The translations under genes and the position numbers were made by a program. From Escherichia phage T7, in sequence record OL964748.1: 37,088 nucleotides of DNA; one strand, written 5' to 3'. The notes below the pieces were generated by a model. It was given only the letters and a program-made list of their open reading frames with translations. It did no database searches and had not been told where the DNA came from. Shown piece by piece: positions 1 through 7,974 of this stretch. The stretch's first letter is position 1. Each line of letters begins with the position of its first letter.

Positions 1-151
1 TCTCACAGTGTACGGACCTAAAGTTCCCCCATAGGGGTACCTAAAGCCCAGCCAATCACCTAAAGTCAATGACCTTGAGGGTTCCCTAAGGGTTGGGGAT
101 GACCCTTGGGTTTGTCTTTGGGTGTTACCTTGAGTGTCTCTCTGTGTCCCT
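1..151. repeat. Left terminal direct repeat of the T7 genome
   Basis: 1..151 is identical to 36938..37088 at the other end of the window; begins with the canonical T7 end TCTCACAGTGTACGG. Confidence 0.95.
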
Positions 152-160
152 ACCTGTTAC

Positions 161-360
161 AGTCTCCTAAAGTATCCTCCTAAAGTATCCTCCTAAAGTC
201 ACCTCCTAACGTCCATCCTAAAGCCAACACCTAAAGACCCATCAAGTCAACGCCTATCTTAAAGTTTAAACATAAAGACCAGACCTAAAGACCAGACCTA
301 AAGACACTACATAAAGACCAGACCTAAAGACGCCTTGTTGTTAGCCATAAAGTGATAACC
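161..360. repeat. Left-end short repeat array (CCTAAAG-containing 12-13 bp units)
   Basis: Repeated units ending in cctaaag/ctaaag visible directly (tatcctcctaaag x2, accagacctaaag x3, etc.); matches T7 left-end repeat region. Confidence 0.85.
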
Positions 361-364
361 TTTA

Positions 365-427
365 ATCATTGTCTTTATTAATACAATCATTGTCTTTATT
401 AATATAATCATTGTCTTTATTAATACA
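365..427. repeat. Perfect tandem triplication of a 21-bp AT-rich unit (atcattgtctttattaata[c/t]a) abutting phiOL
   Basis: Three head-to-tail copies at 365..385, 386..406, 407..427 (one c/t difference in copy 2); only copy 3 continues into the full promoter core. Confidence 0.9.
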
Positions 428-443
428 ACTCACTATAAGGAGA
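421..443 (+). promoter_or_regulatory. T7 RNA polymerase promoter phiOL
   Basis: taatacaactcactataaggaga, 17-mer core plus initiating region. Confidence 0.85.
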
Positions 444-494
444 GACAACTTAAAGAGACTTAAAAGATTAATTTAAAATTTATCAAAAAGAGTA

Positions 495-531
495 TTGACT
501 TAAAGTCTAACCTATAGGATACTTACAGCCA
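495..531 (+). promoter_or_regulatory. E. coli sigma70 early promoter A1
   Basis: -35 TTGACT (495..500), 17-bp spacer, -10 GATACT (518..523), start near 531 followed by atcgagagggacacggcgaa. Confidence 0.85.
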
Positions 532-642
532 TCGAGAGGGACACGGCGAATAGCCATCCCAATCGACACCGGGGTCAACCGGGCGCACAGTGCCTTCTAG
601 GTGACTTAAGCGCACCACGGCACATAAGGTGAAACAAAACGG

Positions 643-679
643 TTGACAACATGAAGTAAACACGGTACGATGTACCACA
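643..679 (+). promoter_or_regulatory. E. coli sigma70 early promoter A3
   Basis: -35 TTGACA (643..648), 17-bp spacer, -10 TACGAT (666..671); sequence matches T7 A3. Confidence 0.8.
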
Positions 680-853
680 TGAAACGACAGTGAGTCACCA
701 CACTGAAAGGTGATGCGGTCTAACGAAACCTGACCTAAGACGCTCTTTAACAATCTGGTAAATAGCTCTTGAGTGCATGACTAGCGGATAACTCAAGGGT
801 ATCGCAAGGTGCCCTTTATGATATTCACTAATAACTGCACGAGGTAACACAAG

Positions 854-1549
854 ATGGCTATGTCTAACATGACTTACAACAACGTTTTCGACCACGCTTA
901 CGAAATGCTGAAAGAAAACATCCGTTATGATGACATCCGTGACACTGATGACCTGCACGATGCTATTCACATGGCTGCCGATAATGCAGTTCCGCACTAC
1001 TACGCTGACATCTTTAGCGTAATGGCAAGTGAGGGCATTGACCTTGAGTTCGAAGACTCTGATCTGATGCCTGACACCAAGGACGTAATCCGCATCCTGC
1101 AAGCGCGTATCTATGAGCAATTAACGATTGACCTCTGGGAAGACGCAGAAGACTTGCTCAATGAATACTTGGAGGAAGTCGAGGAAGTCGCACGACAGAA
1201 AGAAATTGACCGCGCTAAGGCCCGTAAAGAACGTCACGAGGGGCGCTTAGAGGCACGCAGATTCAAACGTCGCAACCGCAAGGCACGTAAAGCACACAAA
1301 GCTAAGCGCGAAAGAATGCTTGCTGCGTGGCGATGGGCTGAACGTCAAGAACGGCGTAACCATGAGGTAGCTGTAGATGTACTAGGAAGAACCAATAACG
1401 CTATGCTCCGGGTCAACATGTCCTCTGGGGACTTTAAGGCGCTTGAGGAACGAATCGCGCTGCACTGGCGTAATGCTGACCGGATGGCTATCGCTAATGG
1501 TCTTACGCTCAACATTGATAAGCAACTTGACGCAATGTTAATGGGCTGA
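854..1549 (+). CDS. ocr: In-frame chimeric ORF: Ocr (gp0.3, anti-restriction DNA mimic) residues 1-111 fused to the C-terminal ~120 residues of gp0.7 (host-transcription shutoff region; kinase domain absent)
   Basis: 231-aa ORF; N-terminus [19 protein letters not shown]...[10 protein letters not shown] is Ocr; after E111 the sequence becomes basic ([18 protein letters not shown]...) and ends immediately upstream of the gene 1 leader, where gene 0.7 ends in T7. Confidence 0.85.
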   Translation: MAMSNMTYNNVFDHAYEMLKENIRYDDIRDTDDLHDAIHMAADNAVPHYYADIFSVMASEGIDLEFEDSDLMPDTKDVIRILQARIYEQLTIDLWEDAEDLLNEYLEEVEEVARQKEIDRAKARKERHEGRLEARRFKRRNRKARKAHKAKRERMLAAWRWAERQERRNHEVAVDVLGRTNNAMLRVNMSSGDFKALEERIALHWRNADRMAIANGLTLNIDKQLDAMLMG

Positions 1550-1555
1550 TAGTCT

Positions 1556-1606
1556 TATCTTACAGGTCATCTGCGGGTGGCCTGAATAGGTACGATTTAC
1601 TAACTG
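1556..1606 (+). promoter_or_regulatory. RNase III processing site R1 / gene 1 leader (minor E. coli promoter C region)
   Basis: cttatcttacaggtcatctgcgggtggcctgaataggtacgatttac upstream of gene 1; matches T7 R1 region from memory. Confidence 0.5.
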
Positions 1607-1619
1607 GAAGAGGCACTAA

Positions 1620-4271
1620 ATGAACACGATTAACATCGCTAAGAACGACTTCTCTGACATCGAACTGGCTGCTATCCCGTTCAACACTCTGGCTGACCAT
1701 TACGGTGAGCGTTTAGCTCGCGAACAGTTGGCCCTTGAGCATGAGTCTTACGAGATGGGTGAAGCACGCTTCCGCAAGATGTTTGAGCGTCAACTTAAAG
1801 CTGGTGAGGTTGCGGATAACGCTGCCGCCAAGCCTCTCATCACTACCCTACTCCCTAAGATGATTGCACGCATCAACGACTGGTTTGAGGAAGTGAAAGC
1901 TAAGCGCGGCAAGCGCCAGACAGCCTTCCAGTTCCTGCAAGAAATCAAGCCGGAAGCCGTAGCGTACATCACCATTAAGACCACTCTGGCTTGCCTAACC
2001 AGTGCTGACAATACAACCGTTCAGGCTGTAGCAAGCGCAATCGGTCGGGCCATTGAGGACGAGGCTCGCTTCGGTCGTATCCGTGACCTTGAAGCTAAGC
2101 ACTTCAAGAAAAACGTTGAGGAACAACTCAACAAGCGCGTAGGGCACGTCTACAAGAAAGCATTTATGCGAGTTGTCGAGGCTGACATGCTCTCTAAGGG
2201 TCTACTCGGTGGCGAGGCGTGGTCTTCGTGGCATAAGGAAGACTCTATTCATGTAGGAGTACGCTGCATCGAGATGCTCATTGAGTCAACCGGAATGGTT
2301 AGCTTACACCGCCAAAATGCTGGCGTAGTAGGTCAAGACTCTGAGACTATCGAACTCGCACCTGAATACGCTGAGGCTATCGCAACCCGTGCAGGTGCGC
2401 TGGCTGGCATCTCTCCGATGTTCCAACCTTGCGTAGTTCCTCCTAAGCCGTGGACTGGCATTACTGGTGGTGGCTATTGGGCTAACGGTCGTCGTCCTCT
2501 GGCGCTGGTGCGTACTCACAGTAAGAAAGCACTGATGCGCTACGAAGACGTTTACATGCCTGAGGTGTACAAAGCGATTAACATTGCGCAAAACACCGCA
2601 TGGAAAATCAACAAGAAAGTCCTAGCGGTCGCCAACGTAATCACCAAGTGGAAGCATTGTCCGGTCGAGGACATCCCTGCGATTGAGCGTGAAGAACTCC
2701 CGATGAAACCGGAAGACATCGACATGAATCCTGAGGCTCTCACCGCGTGGAAACGTGCTGCCGCTGCTGTGTACCGCAAGGACAAGGCTCGCAAGTCTCG
2801 CCGTATCAGCCTTGAGTTCATGCTTGAGCAAGCCAATAAGTTTGCTAACCATAAGGCCATCTGGTTCCCTTACAACATGGACTGGCGCGGTCGTGTTTAC
2901 GCTGTGTCAATGTTCAACCCGCAAGGTAACGATATGACCAAAGGACTGCTTACGCTGGCGAAAGGTAAACCAATCGGTAAGGAAGGTTACTACTGGCTGA
3001 AAATCCACGGTGCAAACTGTGCGGGTGTCGATAAGGTTCCGTTCCCTGAGCGCATCAAGTTCATTGAGGAAAACCACGAGAACATCATGGCTTGCGCTAA
3101 GTCTCCACTGGAGAACACTTGGTGGGCTGAGCAAGATTCTCCGTTCTGCTTCCTTGCGTTCTGCTTTGAGTACGCTGGGGTACAGCACCACGGCCTGAGC
3201 TATAACTGCTCCCTTCCGCTGGCGTTTGACGGGTCTTGCTCTGGCATCCAGCACTTCTCCGCGATGCTCCGAGATGAGGTAGGTGGTCGCGCGGTTAACT
3301 TGCTTCCTAGTGAAACCGTTCAGGACATCTACGGGATTGTTGCTAAGAAAGTCAACGAGATTCTACAAGCAGACGCAATCAATGGGACCGATAACGAAGT
3401 AGTTACCGTGACCGATGAGAACACTGGTGAAATCTCTGAGAAAGTCAAGCTGGGCACTAAGGCACTGGCTGGTCAATGGCTGGCTTACGGTGTTACTCGC
3501 AGTGTGACTAAGCGTTCAGTCATGACGCTGGCTTACGGGTCCAAAGAGTTCGGCTTCCGTCAACAAGTGCTGGAAGATACCATTCAGCCAGCTATTGATT
3601 CCGGCAAGGGTCTGATGTTCACTCAGCCGAATCAGGCTGCTGGATACATGGCTAAGCTGATTTGGGAATCTGTGAGCGTGACGGTGGTAGCTGCGGTTGA
3701 AGCAATGAACTGGCTTAAGTCTGCTGCTAAGCTGCTGGCTGCTGAGGTCAAAGATAAGAAGACTGGAGAGATTCTTCGCAAGCGTTGCGCTGTGCATTGG
3801 GTAACTCCTGATGGTTTCCCTGTGTGGCAGGAATACAAGAAGCCTATTCAGACGCGCTTGAACCTGATGTTCCTCGGTCAGTTCCGCTTACAGCCTACCA
3901 TTAACACCAACAAAGATAGCGAGATTGATGCACACAAACAGGAGTCTGGTATCGCTCCTAACTTTGTACACAGCCAAGACGGTAGCCACCTTCGTAAGAC
4001 TGTAGTGTGGGCACACGAGAAGTACGGAATCGAATCTTTTGCACTGATTCACGACTCCTTCGGTACCATTCCGGCTGACGCTGCGAACCTGTTCAAAGCA
4101 GTGCGCGAAACTATGGTTGACACATATGAGTCTTGTGATGTACTGGCTGATTTCTACGACCAGTTCGCTGACCAGTTGCACGAGTCTCAATTGGACAAAA
4201 TGCCAGCACTTCCGGCTAAAGGTAACTTGAACCTCCGTGACATCTTAGAGTCGGACTTCGCGTTCGCGTAA
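1620..4271 (+). CDS. 1: T7 RNA polymerase (gene 1)
   Basis: 883-aa ORF starting MNTINIAKNDFSDIELAAIPFNTLADHYGERLAREQLALEHESYEMGEARFRKMFERQLKAGEVADNAAAKPLITTLLPKMIARINDWFEEVKAKRGKR..., ending ...LRDILESDFAFA. Confidence 0.98.
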   Translation: MNTINIAKNDFSDIELAAIPFNTLADHYGERLAREQLALEHESYEMGEARFRKMFERQLKAGEVADNAAAKPLITTLLPKMIARINDWFEEVKAKRGKRQTAFQFLQEIKPEAVAYITIKTTLACLTSADNTTVQAVASAIGRAIEDEARFGRIRDLEAKHFKKNVEEQLNKRVGHVYKKAFMRVVEADMLSKGLLGGEAWSSWHKEDSIHVGVRCIEMLIESTGMVSLHRQNAGVVGQDSETIELAPEYAEAIATRAGALAGISPMFQPCVVPPKPWTGITGGGYWANGRRPLALVRTHSKKALMRYEDVYMPEVYKAINIAQNTAWKINKKVLAVANVITKWKHCPVEDIPAIEREELPMKPEDIDMNPEALTAWKRAAAAVYRKDKARKSRRISLEFMLEQANKFANHKAIWFPYNMDWRGRVYAVSMFNPQGNDMTKGLLTLAKGKPIGKEGYYWLKIHGANCAGVDKVPFPERIKFIEENHENIMACAKSPLENTWWAEQDSPFCFLAFCFEYAGVQHHGLSYNCSLPLAFDGSCSGIQHFSAMLRDEVGGRAVNLLPSETVQDIYGIVAKKVNEILQADAINGTDNEVVTVTDENTGEISEKVKLGTKALAGQWLAYGVTRSVTKRSVMTLAYGSKEFGFRQQVLEDTIQPAIDSGKGLMFTQPNQAAGYMAKLIWESVSVTVVAAVEAMNWLKSAAKLLAAEVKDKKTGEILRKRCAVHWVTPDGFPVWQEYKKPIQTRLNLMFLGQFRLQPTINTNKDSEIDAHKQESGIAPNFVHSQDGSHLRKTVVWAHEKYGIESFALIHDSFGTIPADAANLFKAVRETMVDTYESCDVLADFYDQFADQLHESQLDKMPALPAKGNLNLRDILESDFAFA

Positions 4272-4279
4272 CGCCAAAT

Positions 4280-4302
4280 CAATACGACTCACTATAGGAG
4301 AA
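4280..4302 (+). promoter_or_regulatory. Single hybrid T7 promoter phi1.1A/phi1.1B (upstream flank of 1.1A, downstream of 1.1B)
   Basis: caatacgactcactataggagaacc lies 8 bp after the gene 1 stop; gene 1 stop to gene 1.1 start is 109 bp instead of 184 bp. Confidence 0.8.
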
Positions 4303-4380
4303 CCTTAAGGTTTAACTTTAAGACCCTTAAGTGTTAATTAGAGATTTAAATTAAAGAATTAATAAGAGAGGACTTTAAGT

Positions 4381-4509
4381 ATGCGTAACTTCGAAAAGAT
4401 GACCAAACGTTCTAACCGTAATGCTCGTGACTTCGAGGCAACCAAAGGTCGCAAGTTGAATAAGACTAAGCGTGACCGCTCTCACAAGCGTAGCTGGGAG
4501 GGTCAGTAA
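4381..4509 (+). CDS. 1.1: gene 1.1 protein (42 aa)
   Basis: MRNFEKMTKRSNRNARDFEATKGRKLNKTKRDRSHKRSWEGQ; below the ORF-track size cutoff, translated by hand. Confidence 0.85.
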   Translation: MRNFEKMTKRSNRNARDFEATKGRKLNKTKRDRSHKRSWEGQ

Positions 4510-4510
4510 G

Positions 4511-4768
4511 ATGGGACGTTTATATAGTGGTAATCTGGCAGCATTCAAGGCAGCAACAAACAAGCTGTTCCAGTTAGACTTAGCTGTCATTTATGATGAC
4601 TGGTATGATGCCTATACAAGAAAAGATTGCATACGGTTACGTATTGAGGACAGGAGTGGAAACCTGATTGATACTAGCACCTTCTACCACCACGACGAGG
4701 ACGTTCTGTTCAATATGTGTACTGATTGGTTGAACCATATGTATGACCAGTTGAAGGACTGGAAGTAA
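4511..4768 (+). CDS. 1.2: gene 1.2 protein (inhibitor of host dGTPase)
   Basis: Internal ATG at 4511 gives 85 aa MGRLYSGNLAAFKAATNKLFQLDLAVIYDDWYD...; the track ORF 4472..4768 is an upstream extension. Confidence 0.85.
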   Translation: MGRLYSGNLAAFKAATNKLFQLDLAVIYDDWYDAYTRKDCIRLRIEDRSGNLIDTSTFYHHDEDVLFNMCTDWLNHMYDQLKDWK

Positions 4769-4788
4769 TACGACTCAGTATAGGGACA
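4766..4788 (+). promoter_or_regulatory. T7 promoter phi1.3
   Basis: taatacgactcagtatagggaca, followed by the R1.3 hairpin region. Confidence 0.85.
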
Positions 4789-4848
4789 ATGCTTAAGGTC
4801 GCTCTCTAGGAGTGGCCTTAGTCATTTAACCAATAGGAGATAAACATT

Positions 4849-5928
4849 ATGATGAACATTAAGACTAACCCGTTTAAAGCCGTGTCTTTCGTAGAGTCTG
4901 CCATTAAGAAGGCTCTGGATAACGCTGGGTATCTTATCGCTGAAATCAAGTACGATGGTGTACGCGGGAACATCTGCGTAGACAATACTGCTAACAGTTA
5001 CTGGCTCTCTCGTGTATCTAAAACGATTCCGGCACTGGAGCACTTAAACGGGTTTGATGTTCGCTGGAAGCGTCTACTGAACGATGACCGTTGCTTCTAC
5101 AAAGATGGCTTTATGCTTGATGGGGAACTCATGGTCAAGGGCGTAGACTTTAACACAGGGTCCGGCCTACTGCGTACCAAATGGACTGACACGAAGAACC
5201 AAGAGTTCCATGAAGAGTTATTCGTTGAACCAATCCGTAAGAAAGATAAAGTTCCCTTTAAGCTGCACACTGGACACCTTCACATAAAACTGTACGCTAT
5301 CCTCCCGCTGCACATCGTGGAGTCTGGAGAAGACTGTGATGTCATGACGTTGCTCATGCAGGAACACGTTAAGAACATGCTGCCTCTGCTACAGGAATAC
5401 TTCCCTGAAATCGAATGGCAAGCGGCTGAATCTTACGAGGTCTACGATATGGTAGAACTACAGCAACTGTACGAGCAGAAGCGAGCAGAAGGCCATGAGG
5501 GTCTCATTGTGAAAGACCCGATGTGTATCTATAAGCGCGGTAAGAAATCTGGCTGGTGGAAAATGAAACCTGAGAACGAAGCTGACGGTATCATTCAGGG
5601 TCTGGTATGGGGTACAAAAGGTCTGGCTAATGAAGGTAAAGTGATTGGTTTTGAGGTGCTTCTTGAGAGTGGTCGTTTAGTTAACGCCACGAATATCTCT
5701 CGCGCCTTAATGGATGAGTTCACTGAGACAGTAAAAGAGGCCACCCTAAGTCAATGGGGATTCTTTAGCCCATACGGTATTGGCGACAACGATGCTTGTA
5801 CTATTAACCCTTACGATGGCTGGGCGTGTCAAATTAGCTACATGGAGGAAACACCTGATGGCTCTTTGCGGCACCCATCGTTCGTAATGTTCCGTGGCAC
5901 CGAGGACAACCCTCAAGAGAAAATGTAA
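4849..5928 (+). CDS. 1.3: ATP-dependent DNA ligase (gene 1.3)
   Basis: 359-aa ORF with the ligase adenylation motif context (IAEIKYDGVRG). Confidence 0.95.
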   Translation: MMNIKTNPFKAVSFVESAIKKALDNAGYLIAEIKYDGVRGNICVDNTANSYWLSRVSKTIPALEHLNGFDVRWKRLLNDDRCFYKDGFMLDGELMVKGVDFNTGSGLLRTKWTDTKNQEFHEELFVEPIRKKDKVPFKLHTGHLHIKLYAILPLHIVESGEDCDVMTLLMQEHVKNMLPLLQEYFPEIEWQAAESYEVYDMVELQQLYEQKRAEGHEGLIVKDPMCIYKRGKKSGWWKMKPENEADGIIQGLVWGTKGLANEGKVIGFEVLLESGRLVNATNISRALMDEFTETVKEATLSQWGFFSPYGIGDNDACTINPYDGWACQISYMEETPDGSLRHPSFVMFRGTEDNPQEKM

Positions 5929-5935
5929 TCACACT

Positions 5936-5967
5936 GGCTCACCTTCGGGTGGGCCTTTCTGCGTTTA
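5936..5967 (+). terminator. Early intrinsic terminator TE (for E. coli RNA polymerase)
   Basis: GC-rich hairpin ggctcacc-ttcg-ggtgggcc followed by tttctgcgttta. Confidence 0.85.
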
Positions 5968-5978
5968 TAAGGAGACAC

Positions 5979-6001
5979 TTTTACGACTCACTAAAGGAGG
6001 T
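5979..6001 (+). promoter_or_regulatory. T7 promoter phi1.5 with altered upstream edge (-16/-15 TT instead of AA)
   Basis: ttttacgactcactaaaggagg; core -14..+6 intact, -17..-15 region formed by the gene 1.4 deletion junction. Confidence 0.7.
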
Positions 6002-6008
6002 ACACACC

Positions 6009-6098
6009 ATGATGTACTTAATGCCATTACTCATCGTCATTGTAGGATGCCTTGCGCTCCACTGTAGCGATGATGATATGCCAGATGGTCACGCTTAA
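6009..6098 (+). CDS. 1.5: gene 1.5 protein (29 aa)
   Basis: MMYLMPLLIVIVGCLALHCSDDDMPDGHA; hand-translated. Confidence 0.75.
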   Translation: MMYLMPLLIVIVGCLALHCSDDDMPDGHA

Positions 6099-6118
6099 TA
6101 CGACTCACTAAAGGAGAC
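6096..6118 (+). promoter_or_regulatory. T7 promoter phi1.6
   Basis: taatacgactcactaaaggagac overlapping the gene 1.5 stop. Confidence 0.85.
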
Positions 6119-6123
6119 ACTAT

Positions 6124-6390
6124 ATGTTTCGACTTCATTACAACAAAAGCGTTAAGAATTTCACGGTTCGCCGTGCTGACCGTTCAATCGTATGTGCGAG
6201 CGAGCGCCGAGCTAAGATACCTCTTATTGGTAACACAGTTCCTTTGGCACCTAGCGTCCACATCATTATCACCCGTTGTGACTTTGAGAAAGCAATAGAC
6301 AAGAAACGTCCGGTTCTTAGTGTGGCAGTGACCCGCTTCCCGTTCGTCCGTCTGTTACTCAAACGAATCAAGGAGGTGTTACACCTGTAA
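6124..6390 (+). CDS. 1.6: gene 1.6 protein with altered C-terminus (ends ...KEVLHL)
   Basis: 88-aa ORF; 3' end and stop codon are created by the 1.6/1.7 junction deletion. Confidence 0.8.
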   Translation: MFRLHYNKSVKNFTVRRADRSIVCASERRAKIPLIGNTVPLAPSVHIIITRCDFEKAIDKKRPVLSVAVTRFPFVRLLLKRIKEVLHL

Positions 6391-6406
6391 CAAAGGAGCT
6401 AACGAT

Positions 6407-6866
6407 ATGACCGAACGTGAACAAGAGATGATCATTAAGTTGATAGACAATAATGAAGGTCGCCCAGATGATTTGAATGGCTGCGGTATTCTCTGCTCCA
6501 ATGTCCCTTGCCACCTCTGCCCCGCAAATAACGATCAAAAGATAACCTTAGGTGAAATCCGAGCGATGGACCCACGTAAACCACATCTGAATAAACCTGA
6601 GGTAACTCCTACAGATGACCAGCCTTCCGCTGAGACAATCGAAGGTGTCACTAAGCCTTCCCACTACATGCTGTTTGACGACATTGAGGCTATCGAAGTG
6701 ATTGCTCGTTCAATGACCGTTGAGCAGTTCAAGGGATACTGCTTCGGTAACATCTTAAAGTACAGACTACGTGCTGGTAAGAAGTCAGAGTTAGCGTACT
6801 TAGAGAAAGACCTAGCGAAAGCAGACTTCTATAAAGAACTCTTTGAGAAACATAAGGATAAATGTT

Positions 6867-6874
<8 letters not shown>
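6407..6874 (+). CDS. 1.7: N-terminally truncated gene 1.7 protein (nucleotide kinase), residues ~42-196 of gp1.7
   Basis: 155-aa ORF MTEREQEMIIKLIDNNEGRPDDLNGCG... preceded by AAGGAG Shine-Dalgarno; the first ~41 codons of the 196-aa protein are absent. Confidence 0.8.
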
Positions 6875-7207
<333 letters not shown>

Positions 7208-7210
<3 letters not shown>

Positions 7211-7230
7211 TACGACTCACTATTAGGGAA
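7208..7230 (+). promoter_or_regulatory. T7 promoter phi2.5
   Basis: taatacgactcactattagggaa. Confidence 0.85.
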
Positions 7231-7275
7231 GACTCCCTCTGAGAAACCAAACGAAACCTAAAGGAGATTAACATT

Positions 7276-7974
7276 ATGGCTAAGAAGATTTTCACCTCTG
7301 CGCTGGGTACCGCTGAACCTTACGCTTACATCGCCAAGCCGGACTACGGCAACGAAGAGCGTGGCTTTGGGAACCCTCGTGGTGTCTATAAAGTTGACCT
7401 GACTATTCCCAACAAAGACCCGCGCTGCCAGCGTATGGTCGATGAAATCGTGAAGTGTCACGAAGAGGCTTATGCTGCTGCCGTTGAGGAATACGAAGCT
7501 AATCCACCTGCTGTAGCTCGTGGTAAGAAACCGCTGAAACCGTATGAGGGTGACATGCCGTTCTTCGATAACGGTGACGGTACGACTACCTTTAAGTTCA
7601 AATGCTACGCGTCTTTCCAAGACAAGAAGACCAAAGAGACCAAGCACATCAATCTTGTTGTGGTTGACTCAAAAGGTAAGAAGATGGAAGACGTTCCGAT
7701 TATCGGTGGTGGCTCTAAGCTGAAAGTTAAATATTCTCTGGTTCCATACAAGTGGAACACTGCTGTAGGTGCGAGCGTTAAGCTGCAACTGGAATCCGTG
7801 ATGCTGGTCGAACTGGCTACCTTTGGTGGCGGTGAAGACGATTGGGCTGACGAAGTTGAAGAGAACGGCTATGTTGCCTCTGGTTCTGCCAAAGCGAGCA
7901 AACCACGCGACGAAGAAAGCTGGGACGAAGACGACGAAGAGTCCGAGGAAGCAGACGAAGACGGAGACTTCTAA
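7276..7974 (+). CDS. 2.5: Single-stranded DNA-binding protein (gene 2.5)
   Basis: 232-aa ORF with acidic C-terminal tail ...DEDDEESEEADEDGDF. Confidence 0.95.
   Translation: MAKKIFTSALGTAEPYAYIAKPDYGNEERGFGNPRGVYKVDLTIPNKDPRCQRMVDEIVKCHEEAYAAAVEEYEANPPAVARGKKPLKPYEGDMPFFDNGDGTTTFKFKCYASFQDKKTKETKHINLVVVDSKGKKMEDVPIIGGGSKLKVKYSLVPYKWNTAVGASVKLQLESVMLVELATFGGGEDDWADEVEENGYVASGSAKASKPRDEESWDEDDEESEEADEDGDF

Noticed and set aside
161-360. Possible CRISPR array from the regularly repeated cctaaag units
   Set aside because: Units are 12-13 bp with no spacer-repeat architecture; these are the known T7 end-proximal short repeats
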